A stretch of DNA of 64,000 bases from an uncultured Alphaproteobacteria bacterium (GTDB taxonomy: Bacteria > Pseudomonadota > Alphaproteobacteria > Rickettsiales > CAIJLX01). Location of the stretch: contig CAIJLX010000067.1 of NCBI GenBank assembly GCA_903821695.1, forward strand, positions 4,956-68,955, written 5' to 3'. Shown here in pieces: positions 39,210-48,458 of this stretch. Within the stretch, counting starts at the first letter, position 1. Every line of letters starts with the position of its first letter. The notes beneath the pieces were generated by a model. That model saw only the letters and a program-made list of their open reading frames with translations, did no database searches and had not been told where the DNA came from. Position numbers and translations under genes: made by a program.

Positions 39210-40472
39210 TCAAGGTTTTAGTTTTGCCCACACACTGTCATAGCTAGGCATGAGAGAGACATTACCAACAGCCGCGAGGGTTGGCAAAGAAGAAATGATC
39301 TCCGTTGTCAGACGCCTAATATCCGCAGCAGAAACCTTATCAATTTTCTTCACCATCTCCGAAGTGGGCACCGGTTTTTGATAACACAACACCTGCCGCC
39401 CCAACTCTTCCGCCTGCGCCGCACAGCTTTCGCGCTCCATAAACAATCCGCTTTTGAGCTGCGCCTTCGCCCGCGATAATTCTTCCGGCGTTACATTATG
39501 TGTCAAATCATGCAGCTGCTCCGCCACAACGGTGAGCAGCTCATCGGCTTTATCTGCTGCAGTGCCGGAATAAATGCTAAAAATACCCGTCTCCGCATAG
39601 CAAGAAAGATAAGGTTGAATCGCGTAACACAGACCACGCTTCTCGCGCACTTCCTGGAACAAACGCGAAGACATGCCGCCGCCCAATATCGTCGAGAGCA
39701 CTTGCAACACATAATAATCTTCATGGCGGAAGCCAATCGCTTTGAAGGTTAACACGAGATGCAATTGCTCAAGATCACGCTTAATAATATTTTCACCACC
39801 CTCATATTCGCCAGCAAGATGCACCGATGAGCCAAGCTTCTGATCGCCTTTAAAATATTTCTCAGCCAGTTTTAACACTTGCGCATGATCAATATTACCC
39901 GCAACCGCGAGCACCATATTTTCGGGATAATAATGTTGCTTGAGGTAATCGAGCATATCCTGGCGAGTGAAGCGTTTGATGTTTTCAACACTTCCCAAAA
40001 TCCGTCGCCCTAATGGGTGCCCCGGGAAAGCTTTATCCTGTGCGAAATCAAATACCAGATCATCCGGATCATCTTCCGCCTGCGCAATTTCTTGCAACAC
40101 AACACCACGTTCGCGCTCTAATTCACTTGGCTCAATGGTTGCGTGGAACGCGATGTCAGCAATAATATCCATGCCGATTTCTAAATGCTCTTTGAGCACC
40201 TTCGCGTGATACACTGTATGCTCGCGGCTGGTGAATGCGTTTAAGTGGCCGCCAACGGCATCGAACTCTTCCGCGATTTGCAAGGCGGTGCGTTTTTCGG
40301 TGCCTTTAAACATCATATGTTCGACAAAATGCGCCAAGCCATTTTGCTCAGCCGTTTCATAGCGCGAGCCGACATCCACCCAAAGTGCGACGGCGGCGGT
40401 TTCGACACTCGGCATCGAAAGCGTGGTAACGCGCAGGCCGTTGGGTAAAGTTGTTAATGTTGCTTCTGTCAT
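39210..40472 (-). CDS. M16 family zinc peptidase (pitrilysin/MPP-like)
   Basis: 420 aa with the inverted zinc motif HFVEHMMFKGT (HxxEH). Confidence 0.92.
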   Translation of the reverse strand: MTEATLTTLPNGLRVTTLSMPSVETAAVALWVDVGSRYETAEQNGLAHFVEHMMFKGTEKRTALQIAEEFDAVGGHLNAFTSREHTVYHAKVLKEHLEIGMDIIADIAFHATIEPSELERERGVVLQEIAQAEDDPDDLVFDFAQDKAFPGHPLGRRILGSVENIKRFTRQDMLDYLKQHYYPENMVLAVAGNIDHAQVLKLAEKYFKGDQKLGSSVHLAGEYEGGENIIKRDLEQLHLVLTFKAIGFRHEDYYVLQVLSTILGGGMSSRLFQEVREKRGLCYAIQPYLSCYAETGIFSIYSGTAADKADELLTVVAEQLHDLTHNVTPEELSRAKAQLKSGLFMERESCAAQAEELGRQVLCYQKPVPTSEMVKKIDKVSAADIRRLTTEIISSLPTLAAVGNVSLMPSYDSVWAKLKP

Positions 40473-40488
40473 AAAACCTCTTTATATG

Positions 40489-40509
40489 CTGGTTTATCTA
40501 ATAAACCAG
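40489..40509. promoter_or_regulatory. 21-bp perfect palindrome CTGGTTTAT-CTA-ATAAACCAG (operator or 5'-UTR hairpin candidate)
   Basis: Read directly from the sequence. It sits in the 48-bp divergent region between the M16 peptidase and the lipoprotein gene, abutting the GAGGGA RBS. Confidence 0.4.
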
Positions 40510-40520
40510 TGAGGGATTTT

Positions 40521-41084
40521 ATGAAACTGTTTTCCTTAGTGTTAAGCGCAATGTTGGTGTTAAGCGGCTGTGCCCGCCAGATGGGAGCCAATACCTATAC
40601 CAGCGGCTCTGCCGGCGGCGTAGTGCTCGAAGGAACCATTGTTTCGGCCCGCGCTGTGACCATAAAAGATGCTGATAAACTGCAAGATAATGCCCTGGGT
40701 GGCCTTGCTGGCGGCGCTTTAGGTGGCGTTGGCGCAAGCGGCATCGGCAAAGGTAGCGGCAGTGCTGCTGCAACCGTTGGTGGAGCAATCGTCGGCGCGG
40801 TTGCTGGCGCATTGATTCAAGATGAACTCGGCACCAGCCAGGGCATGGAATATATTGTAAAACTGGCCAAAGGCAGCGAAGCACCTGCTGAAAAAACCAG
40901 CTCGGTTCGTTACACCCGCGAAACCACGGTGCAGGACAAAATGCGCAACTCCATCAAAACCCAGAATACGAGTTCTAATTTAATCTCGGTGATCCAGGGC
41001 AAAGATGTAATTTATACTCCCGGTCAGCACGTCTATATCGTCTATTCGGATGATCGACCCCGCATTACCGCTGCCACAAATTAG
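40521..41084 (+). CDS. Glycine-zipper outer-membrane lipoprotein (SlyB/17-kDa antigen-like)
   Basis: Preferred ATG at 40521 with a GAGGGA RBS. Lipobox LVLSGCARQ. Glycine zipper GGLAGGALGGVGASGIGKGSGSAAATVGGAIVGAVAGA. Confidence 0.8.
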   Translation: MKLFSLVLSAMLVLSGCARQMGANTYTSGSAGGVVLEGTIVSARAVTIKDADKLQDNALGGLAGGALGGVGASGIGKGSGSAAATVGGAIVGAVAGALIQDELGTSQGMEYIVKLAKGSEAPAEKTSSVRYTRETTVQDKMRNSIKTQNTSSNLISVIQGKDVIYTPGQHVYIVYSDDRPRITAATN

Positions 41085-42057
41085 GCAGCGTCAACCACAC
41101 TAAAATAGTGTGTTGCAACGGGTTAAAATTATCATCTGAAATTAGGAAAAGATCGCGGGTGCCGTCGCTATTGCGTCGAACATCCATGCCCTCCATATTA
41201 TCGATATCACTACGATGTGTAAAACGCGCCAGCTCTATGGTTTCAAGCACCGCGCCCGGGCGAATATCTTGCCGTTTTATCAACGAAATACGCACTTTTA
41301 TGCCCTCTAACGGCTTGTAACTACGCTCCAATAATGCCACATATTCATTATCCAATATTGCCAATTCCGTAGGCCTAAAACTATCTGTCTTTTTGAGTGC
41401 AATCCGCTCCCATGTTTCCTTTTTGAGATCGACGATATAACCGATGGCATTGCCTTCCGAATCTTTCGCCGTCTCGGTAAGCGTAAACAACGTATCGCGC
41501 GAAAGTTTTGTGATCGCCTCAATGCCGCCATTGGGCTTTACCAGCTGGTCTAACTCTGCCGGTGCAGATAATGTTTTTTCTAGGTTGATCCGCTCTCCTA
41601 ATTCATAAAAACCAAGCCTATGCTTCTGCTCAAACCCAACCACGAAATGATCGCCCTTAAGATGCACCATCCCCTCCGCATCATATTCCTTTTTGGCTGG
41701 CGCTTTTTCTTCCGACCAAAGATTGTCAAAACTCGCCTCCGACAAGGAAATAATTTTATCATCCTTTAAATCCAGCTTCGCCCTGAGTAACCGCCCATCA
41801 TCGCTCAGCGCATAGAGTTTTCCCTTCACCAAATTGAGCGCCGAAAATCCGCCGAAGCGATAGCTCTCACTTTTGAGTTCAACCGCATCTCGATAAATGA
41901 GTTTGCCAACTTTCTGACCAGGATAGAGCGGCTCACCATCTTTTTTTAGCGGATAGGGAAACAGATGCACCTGAAACGGCGTCGGTTCCGGCACCAGCGC
42001 ATCAATCGCCAATGCCGTGAGAGGGAAAAATAAGATAAGAATCAATAGGATACGCAC
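41065..42057 (-). CDS. Secreted protein, phytase-like esterase (PF13449-type) beta-propeller candidate
   Basis: 330 aa with signal peptide MRILLILILFFPLTALA and motifs FGGFSAL...LSDDG, EGM and FLISDDNFNPLQ. Family assignment is from memory. Confidence 0.6.
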   Translation of the reverse strand: MRILLILILFFPLTALAIDALVPEPTPFQVHLFPYPLKKDGEPLYPGQKVGKLIYRDAVELKSESYRFGGFSALNLVKGKLYALSDDGRLLRAKLDLKDDKIISLSEASFDNLWSEEKAPAKKEYDAEGMVHLKGDHFVVGFEQKHRLGFYELGERINLEKTLSAPAELDQLVKPNGGIEAITKLSRDTLFTLTETAKDSEGNAIGYIVDLKKETWERIALKKTDSFRPTELAILDNEYVALLERSYKPLEGIKVRISLIKRQDIRPGAVLETIELARFTHRSDIDNMEGMDVRRNSDGTRDLFLISDDNFNPLQHTILVWLTLPNLWQR

Positions 42058-42142
42058 TGTCTGGAAAAATAACGTGATTTTATCTCCGAGTCTAGTCGAG
42101 AAAGCTTTATTTTATACCAGATTTTGCTATTGTGCTTCCGTC

Positions 42143-43156
42143 ATGACACAACATACTGCGGATATTGTAATAATTGGGGCCGGACCTGTGGGGCTTTTTG
42201 GTATTTTCGAGGCGGGGATGCTGAAAATGCGCTGCCACGTCGTCGATGCGCTTGAATATAGCGGCGGCCAGTGCACAGCCCTTTACCCCGAAAAACCCAT
42301 CTACGACATTGCCGGTTTCCCGAGCATTCAGGCGGCAGATTTGATCTCTAACCTAGAGCAACAAGCCGAGCCTTTTTCGCCGGTTTATCACTTTAATCAA
42401 CGTGTAGACAAACTTGCCAAAACTGCCGATGGCTGGAGTGTCACCACATCTACCGGCACAAAAATTGATGCAAAAGCCATCGTCATCGCGGCTGGTTGTG
42501 GCGCATTTGGCCCAAACCGTCCGCCGCTTGCAGGGCTTGAGCAATATGAAGGCAAAAGCGTCTTTTATCTCGTCAAACGTCGCGAAGATTTCCGTGGCAA
42601 AAAAGTAGTGATCGCTGGTGGTGGTGACTCCGCTGTCGATTGGGCGATCTCGCTTTCGGAAGTGGCAGAGCGAGTGAGCGTTGTGCATCGCCGCCCTAAA
42701 TTCCGTGCCGCCCCAGAAAGCGAAGCACGCCTAAAAACACTCGCTGATTCCGGTAAAATCGATTTGGTGATTCCGTATCAATTGCATGGCCTCGAAGGCA
42801 ATAACGGCCAGCTCTCTAATGTGATTGTGTCGGATCTTGATAACACAACAAAATCTATGCCAGCCGATATTTTGCTGCCATTCTTTGGCCTTGCGATGGA
42901 GTTAGGGCCGATTGCAGATTGGGGTTTAAACCTCACACAAAATCATATCACCGTGAATCCTGCCACGATGGAAACCAGCGCAGAAGGCATTTATGCGATT
43001 GGTGATATCGCGACTTATGAAGGTAAATTAAAACTCATCGTGTGTGGATTTGCCGAAGGTGCGATGGCGATGCATGCGGCGTATAATCGGGTGCATCCGG
43101 ATAAGGCGCTGCATTTTGAATATTCGACTTCAAAGGGAGTGCCAAACGCCGCATGA
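42143..43156 (+). CDS. fnr: Ferredoxin-NADP+ reductase, thioredoxin-reductase-like type
   Basis: Preferred start MTQHTADIVIIGAGPVGLF. YSGGQCTALYPEKPIYDIAGFP is characteristic of TrxR-like FNR. Second dinucleotide motif VVIAGGGDSAVDWA. Confidence 0.9.
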   Translation: MTQHTADIVIIGAGPVGLFGIFEAGMLKMRCHVVDALEYSGGQCTALYPEKPIYDIAGFPSIQAADLISNLEQQAEPFSPVYHFNQRVDKLAKTADGWSVTTSTGTKIDAKAIVIAAGCGAFGPNRPPLAGLEQYEGKSVFYLVKRREDFRGKKVVIAGGGDSAVDWAISLSEVAERVSVVHRRPKFRAAPESEARLKTLADSGKIDLVIPYQLHGLEGNNGQLSNVIVSDLDNTTKSMPADILLPFFGLAMELGPIADWGLNLTQNHITVNPATMETSAEGIYAIGDIATYEGKLKLIVCGFAEGAMAMHAAYNRVHPDKALHFEYSTSKGVPNAA

Positions 43157-45087
43157 GACGTTTCCTTTTCATCGCACTTTGTTTGACTTTGCCTTTCGCA
43201 GCTTCCGCGCAGATGAAAAGTACGTTTGGTAACGCGTTAGTCGATTCGGCCGATCAAGGTATCGAAGCCCTCGTCACCGCCCAAATCCGCAATGGCAATA
43301 GCGTGAATGTGAAAGGCAACTTCGGAGTGTCGCCACTCATGCGGGCTTCCTATCACGGTTATACTAATGTGATGGATCAATTAATTAGCTTAGGCGCCGA
43401 TGTAAACATGGCAGATGAAGGTGGCGCCACAGCGCTGCATCTCGCCGCGCGGCAGGGCAAAGTTGAGGCCGTTAAATTACTACTTAAATATGATGCCGTG
43501 GTCGATGTCGCCGATGCTGAAGGCTGGACACCGCTGATGCGCGCCGTCGCTGGACAGAAACAGGAGGTGGCGGAAATCTTGTTAAAAGCTGGCTCTAATG
43601 CCCAAACAAAAAATGAATGGGGCGATACGGCGCAGAAATTTGCTGAAAAAATCCCTAATAATGCACCGCTGCTCGAGTTGATGAAACAAACCGTTCCGCA
43701 AGAAAAGAAATTAACCGCAGCGGAAGCAACCCAACGCAATGTGAGCGTGCAAGCGGAAGAAGTATTGCCCAATGACCTTCCACAAGGCGAAAGCATCGCG
43801 ATGCCATTACCCAAAGCAGCCGAAGTGGCCGCTGTTGATTCCGAGCAGCTACAAAAAGAAGAAGCCGATCGTCAAGCATTGTCACAACGCTTAGAAGCTG
43901 AAAAAATCGCACGTGCACGGGCAGATGCCGATCTGCAAGTAGCACTTGCAGCCCGGGAGCAACGTGAAGCAGCAATTCAGGCAGCGGCACGGGTAGAAGA
44001 TAATAGAACGTTAGAAGAAAAACAGATGGCCGAAACGCAAGCCCGGATTGATCTCGAAAAAAAGGCCGTTGCTGTGCTTGAGAAAAAAGCGGCACAACTC
44101 GCACAAGAAAATGCAAAACGTGAAGTAGAACTCGCACAAGCACAAGAAAATGCACGCATCCAAGCTGAACAACAAGCCGCCGCCGAAGCAGCAAAAAAAG
44201 CAGAGCTACTGGCCCAGGCAGAAGTAGAAGCGCGTATCCAAGGCGAAAAACTCGCCGCCGCAGAAGCAGATCAAAAAGCGAAGTTGATAGCGCAGGAAAA
44301 TGCAAAACATCTTGCTGAGCTCGCACAGGCACAGATGGAAGCGCGCATTCAGGCAGAAAAACAAGTAGCCGCGCAAATCGAAAGAAAAACCATGTTACTT
44401 GCACAGGAAAAAACACAGCGTGAGGCGGAGCTAGCGGCACAAGAGGCACGCAAAGCAGCCTTAATTGCACAAGAAAACGAACGCCTTATTGCCCTGCAAA
44501 AAGAAGGTGAGCGTCGCCTGCAAGTCGCTGCAGAAAAACGCAACATGGAGCTGGCATTACAGCAAGAGCAACTCGCCCGCCAAGCCACGGAAGAAAAACT
44601 ACACGCCGAACTGGCACGCCAAAAAAATATTGCCGAGCAGCAGAAGCAGTTTGAGGTGGCCGCTGTCGAGCCACCTAAAGCAGCCGTCACTCCCTTACCG
44701 GCCAGTGATAATATCTTGATCGGCGAAGCGATTGCGGTGCCGGTATCGTCCAATCCACTCATAGTTGCAGCGGCGAACCCTCAGCCTTCCCTGCTCAAAA
44801 TGAACAAAGGGGTCTGGTTACAAGTAGGGCCCTTTATCGAGGAACAGGAGGCCGTGGCCTATTATAACGGGGCGGTTGAGAGCATGACAGACCTGTTGCC
44901 CGCCCGGATGAAAGTGATCACCGCTAACTTTTTGACCGAGAACGCCCCCCAGAATTTCTTGCGGATGGGACCCTATACCACTCAAAAGGTGGCAGAATTA
45001 GCCTGCGGCTCGTTCCGACAGAGCGAACTTTTCTGCGAATATGTGCGGGAAGAAGCGGCTGAAAGATATAACCGCAGACGCCTGTAA
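43153..45087 (+). CDS. Secreted ankyrin-repeat / long coiled-coil / C-terminal SPOR-like domain protein
   Basis: 644 aa. Signal peptide MRRFLFIALCLTLPFAASAQ. ANK repeats (GATALHLAARQGKVEAVKLLLKYDAVVDVADAEGWTPLMRAV). About 330 aa of AQ/E/K-rich heptad-like repeats. The C-terminus VWLQVGPF...FLRMGPYTTQKVAELAC resembles SPOR. Its ATGA overlaps the fnr stop. Confidence 0.85.
   Translation: MRRFLFIALCLTLPFAASAQMKSTFGNALVDSADQGIEALVTAQIRNGNSVNVKGNFGVSPLMRASYHGYTNVMDQLISLGADVNMADEGGATALHLAARQGKVEAVKLLLKYDAVVDVADAEGWTPLMRAVAGQKQEVAEILLKAGSNAQTKNEWGDTAQKFAEKIPNNAPLLELMKQTVPQEKKLTAAEATQRNVSVQAEEVLPNDLPQGESIAMPLPKAAEVAAVDSEQLQKEEADRQALSQRLEAEKIARARADADLQVALAAREQREAAIQAAARVEDNRTLEEKQMAETQARIDLEKKAVAVLEKKAAQLAQENAKREVELAQAQENARIQAEQQAAAEAAKKAELLAQAEVEARIQGEKLAAAEADQKAKLIAQENAKHLAELAQAQMEARIQAEKQVAAQIERKTMLLAQEKTQREAELAAQEARKAALIAQENERLIALQKEGERRLQVAAEKRNMELALQQEQLARQATEEKLHAELARQKNIAEQQKQFEVAAVEPPKAAVTPLPASDNILIGEAIAVPVSSNPLIVAAANPQPSLLKMNKGVWLQVGPFIEEQEAVAYYNGAVESMTDLLPARMKVITANFLTENAPQNFLRMGPYTTQKVAELACGSFRQSELFCEYVREEAAERYNRRRL
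44101..44520 (+). repeat. Diverged in-frame tandem repeats (about 174-189 nt period) inside the ankyrin/coiled-coil gene
   Basis: Units beginning GCACAAGAAAATGCAAAACG (44101), GCGCAGGAAAATGCAAAACA (44290) and GCACAAGAAAACGAACGCC (about 44467) encode the recurring (L/I)AQEN(A/E)(K/R)...AQAQ..ARIQAE blocks. This region generates many spurious ORFs on both strands. Confidence 0.55.
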
Positions 45088-45152
45088 AGAGATTGTAAAG
45101 AAAGAATGAATTTGTTATAATTATTCAATAAATTGTATCGGAAAACAGCCGC

Positions 45153-46232
45153 ATGAAAAAAACCTGCCTTTTATTACTCACCTCAGCGTTGATTGCCCTT
45201 CCCTCATTGGCAAATGCTGAGTTGTATGCTGGGGTTGGCGGCGGCGTTTTGATTCCACGTGAAGAAACCATCAAAACCACTGCTCAAAGGCAGGACGTAA
45301 GCTTGGGCAAAGGCTGGGGCGCATTGGGCGCCATTGGTTATAAATTTGACAATGGTTTCCGTACTGAACTTGAATTTGGGTTTCGCGATGCAGATATCGA
45401 CCATGTTGCTTCTTCCGCGATTGATGATGGCGGCGAACGCGCTTACAGCGCCATGGTAAACGGCTTATATGATTTTAAAACCGGCACGCTCTTCACGCCT
45501 TATCTCGGCGCAGGCTTGGGCGTTGGCAAAGTGAATTATGATTCTGTGCGCACCATTTCTGGCGGTCAGTTGGATGATAATGCGACCGGCCTTGCAGTTC
45601 AGGGCATTGCAGGGGTGAGCTTGGCGATTAATGAAAGCCTCTCTTTCTTCACCCAATATCAATATCAAAGCATCTTGGATCTCAAAACCTCGACCAGTAA
45701 TGGCCTGAGCGCCAAAAGTGAATATGGTACCAGTTTAATCAGCGCTGGTCTGCGCTGGGAGTTCGCTTTGCCAAAACCAGCGCGCCAGGAACAACTGACA
45801 CCGATTCCACTCTCACCAACAGCAGCTGCACCAGCCGAACTTCCCGAAACGAAAGAAGTAGTGGCTGAGCCGGTAGAAGTGATTGCCGCACCAGCCGTTG
45901 AGAAATATATGGTGTTCTTCGATTTTGATCGCAGCGATTTGACGATCGAAGCGGCAGATATCCTGAAAAAGGTGGTCGATAATGCCAAAGCGGGCAAAGT
46001 GACCTCGATTGAACTGACTGGCCATGCAGACCGTGCAGGTTCAGATGCATATAACATAAAACTTTCAGAGCGCCGGGCAAATGCGGTTAAGAAACAGCTG
46101 ATTCGTTTGGGTCTGCCGGCTGCTGAAATTGATACCGTTGCTAAAGGTGAGCGTCCACCGCTGCTGGTGCAAACGGGCGATGGCGTACGTGAGCCACAAA
46201 ATCGCCGGGTTGAAATCGTTTACGGGAAATAA
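45153..46232 (+). CDS. OmpA-family outer membrane protein (N-terminal beta-barrel plus C-terminal OmpA peptidoglycan-binding domain)
   Basis: 359 aa with signal peptide MKKTCLLLLTSALIALPSLANA, barrel strands and a Pro/Ala linker. The C-terminal LTGHADRAGSDAYNIKLSERRANAVKKQL is the OmpA_C motif. Confidence 0.9.
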   Translation: MKKTCLLLLTSALIALPSLANAELYAGVGGGVLIPREETIKTTAQRQDVSLGKGWGALGAIGYKFDNGFRTELEFGFRDADIDHVASSAIDDGGERAYSAMVNGLYDFKTGTLFTPYLGAGLGVGKVNYDSVRTISGGQLDDNATGLAVQGIAGVSLAINESLSFFTQYQYQSILDLKTSTSNGLSAKSEYGTSLISAGLRWEFALPKPARQEQLTPIPLSPTAAAPAELPETKEVVAEPVEVIAAPAVEKYMVFFDFDRSDLTIEAADILKKVVDNAKAGKVTSIELTGHADRAGSDAYNIKLSERRANAVKKQLIRLGLPAAEIDTVAKGERPPLLVQTGDGVREPQNRRVEIVYGK

Positions 46233-46235
46233 CGC

Positions 46236-46667
46236 CTAACGGCACTGCCGAATTTCGCCGTGATAGGCGAAAGAAATATCATGCAGTTTTTTGTTTTTCT
46301 TCTCCACCCCATCAAACCATAATCGCGCATTATTACAAAAAATCTTGGCGCCTTTTCTGAGAGAACGCGTCATGGATTCATTCGCTAGTTGCGTGATAAA
46401 TTGATTCATTTCCAATTCTGCCGTTGGCCCATAAGACCGCATAAAATAACCACGCATGGTATCTGCATATTGTTTTAGCTGCGGCTGATAATTGGCGATG
46501 AAATAATTATAATGTTCCTGCCCATTACAGCTTAAACCAGCAATCATCAGCTCCGTTTGCAAGGCGCGGACGCGGATGGCTTGCATTTCTGGCGGTTTGG
46601 CGCAGGGTACGGCGAATGCGGACGAGACTTGGAATAATACCACGAAAAACAGGCCGCATTTTCTCAT
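46236..46667 (-). CDS. Secreted hypothetical protein (143 aa, 5 Cys in the mature part by hand count)
   Basis: Signal peptide MRKCGLFFVVLFQVSSAFA. It sits where frr normally follows pyrH. No family recognised. Confidence 0.6.
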   Translation of the reverse strand: MRKCGLFFVVLFQVSSAFAVPCAKPPEMQAIRVRALQTELMIAGLSCNGQEHYNYFIANYQPQLKQYADTMRGYFMRSYGPTAELEMNQFITQLANESMTRSLRKGAKIFCNNARLWFDGVEKKNKKLHDISFAYHGEIRQCR

Positions 46668-46673
46668 GCCAGC

Positions 46674-47390
46674 CTATTTTTCTTCAATAATCGTAAACGT
46701 CCCTTTGCCTTGCAGCACTTGTGCAAATGCGCCTGGCGTGTGAATCGAGAAGACTAAAATCGGAATATTATTTTCACGCGAAAGCGAAATCGCCGCTGCA
46801 TCCATCACCTGTAAATCTTGGGTGAGGACATCTTTATAAGTCAGGCGATCATAACGCGTCGCCGATTTATCTTTCTTAGGATCCGCCGAATATACACCAT
46901 CCACTTGCGTTGCTTTAAGCAGCGCATCACAGCCCATTTCAACCGCGCGCAAGGCAGCAGCCGTATCGGTCGTGAAGAATGGATTGCCTGTTCCTGCAGC
47001 AAAAATGACCACACGGCCTTTTTCCATATGCCGATGTGCACGGCGACGGATATAGGGCTCGCACACGGTCATCATCGGAATCGCGGAAAGTACACGGGTC
47101 GAAACGCCAATCCGCTCCAGCGCATTTTGCATCGCGAGCGCATTCATCACAGTCGCGAGCATGCCCATATAATCCGCGCTCGCACGCTCCATACCGGCTG
47201 CAGCAGCCGAAATACCGCGGAAAATGTTCCCGCCGCCGACAACGACAGAGACTTGTGCGCCTAATGCATGAACGGCTTTGATTTCGGAGGCAATGCGATC
47301 AATGGTCGCTAAATCCTGCCCATATTGTTGATTCCCCATGAGGGCTTCGCCAGAGACTTTGAGCAGGACACGCTTGAATTTGAGAGACAT
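46674..47390 (-). CDS. pyrH: UMP kinase
   Basis: 238 aa with [12 protein letters not shown] and [10 protein letters not shown]. Confidence 0.96.
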   Translation of the reverse strand: MSLKFKRVLLKVSGEALMGNQQYGQDLATIDRIASEIKAVHALGAQVSVVVGGGNIFRGISAAAAGMERASADYMGMLATVMNALAMQNALERIGVSTRVLSAIPMMTVCEPYIRRRAHRHMEKGRVVIFAAGTGNPFFTTDTAAALRAVEMGCDALLKATQVDGVYSADPKKDKSATRYDRLTYKDVLTQDLQVMDAAAISLSRENNIPILVFSIHTPGAFAQVLQGKGTFTIIEEK

Positions 47391-47457
47391 AACAACGTTA
47401 TAGGCAAGTGTGCGGCGGGTGACAAGTCACAACTTGCCACCCAACCAACAATCCAAT

Positions 47458-48381
47458 TTAGCCGCGAGCAGCTGCTGCTACTTCTTCAGCGAAATTGCTT
47501 TCTTTTTTCTCAACGCCTTCACCCAATACGAAGCGGGAGAAGCCGGTGATGGCAACTGGTGCGCCGATTTCTTTTGCAGAATTTGCAACGAAATCAGAGA
47601 TTTTGGTTTTGCCATCGATTACGAACACTTGCTCCAGCAATACGACTTCTTCGTAGTATTTGCGGATGCGGCCTTCGACCATTTTCTCGATGATATCAGC
47701 CGGTTTGCCGGAAGCTTTAGCTTGGTCGCGGAAGATATTTCTTTCGCGTTCCAATGCATCGCCGCTCACTTCTTTCGTGGTCAACGCATCAGGACGTGCA
47801 GCCGCGATATGCATCGCGATTTGCTTGCCGAGTGCTTCCAGTTTCGCTTGATCGCCAGTGGATTCAACAGCCACCAAAATACCGATTTTACCGAGACCTG
47901 GAGCAACTGCTGCATGCACATAGCTTGCAACAATGCCGTTATTCACGGTGAGTTTCGCAGAGCGACGCAAGGTCATGTTTTCGCCGATTGCAGCAATCAG
48001 GTTAGTTACATCATCAGCAACGGTTGCACCGCTTGCACCTTTAGACGCTTTGAGCGCTTCCACATCGCCATTTACTTTGAGCGCTTGGGTTGCAATTTGG
48101 CGAGCAGCCGCTTGGAACTTCTCGTTACGCGATACGAAATCGGTTTCCGAGTTCAGCTCAATCACTGCGCCGGTTTTGCCTTCAACAGCAACCGCGACCA
48201 AACCTTCAGCCGCAATACGGCCGGATTTTTTCGCTGCGGCCGAGAGGCCTTTTTTGCGCAACCAATCGGTCGCTTCGTCGAAATTACCATTCGCTTCGAC
48301 GAGTGCTTTTTTGCAATCCATCATGCCAGCGCCGCTGGTTTCGCGCAGTTTCTTTACTAATTCTGGGGTGACATCAGCCAT
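47458..48381 (-). CDS. tsf: Translation elongation factor Ts
   Basis: 307 aa. N-terminal UBA-like [38 protein letters not shown]. Confidence 0.97.
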   Translation of the reverse strand: MADVTPELVKKLRETSGAGMMDCKKALVEANGNFDEATDWLRKKGLSAAAKKSGRIAAEGLVAVAVEGKTGAVIELNSETDFVSRNEKFQAAARQIATQALKVNGDVEALKASKGASGATVADDVTNLIAAIGENMTLRRSAKLTVNNGIVASYVHAAVAPGLGKIGILVAVESTGDQAKLEALGKQIAMHIAAARPDALTTKEVSGDALERERNIFRDQAKASGKPADIIEKMVEGRIRKYYEEVVLLEQVFVIDGKTKISDFVANSAKEIGAPVAITGFSRFVLGEGVEKKESNFAEEVAAAARG

Positions 48382-48418
48382 ATATATTCTCCTGTTTTTC
48401 TATAGATAGTGCGGTTAA

Positions 48419-48452
48419 GCGGAATTTAAAGCCGTGAGACTTTAAATTCCGC
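48419..48452 (-). terminator. Strong intercistronic hairpin between rpsB and tsf (attenuator or processing site candidate)
   Basis: Perfect 13-bp stem GCGGAATTTAAAG / CTTTAAATTCCGC with an 8-nt loop. No U-tract follows on the minus strand, so it is not a classical intrinsic terminator. Confidence 0.4.
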
Positions 48453-48458
48453 CAATCA

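Noticed and set aside
43377-44762. Several ORFs (145, 271, 137 aa and others) on both strands inside the ankyrin/coiled-coil gene
   Set aside because: They are artefacts of the GCN/CAA/GAA-rich repetitive coding sequence. Only the plus frame starting at 43153 gives signal peptide, ANK and SPOR features.
45153-46232. Possibility that the OmpA-family gene is the missing pal
   Set aside because: It has an N-terminal beta-barrel and an ordinary signal peptide rather than a lipobox, and it is 27 kb from tolB. It is therefore an OmpA-like porin/anchor, not Pal.
47410-48360. 316-aa plus-strand ORF covering almost all of tsf, with further nested ORFs at 47933-48409 and 48090-48371
   Set aside because: The minus-strand product is an unmistakable full-length EF-Ts. 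The plus-strand translations are Cys/Phe/Arg-rich with no motif, as expected for antisense frames of a GC-balanced gene.
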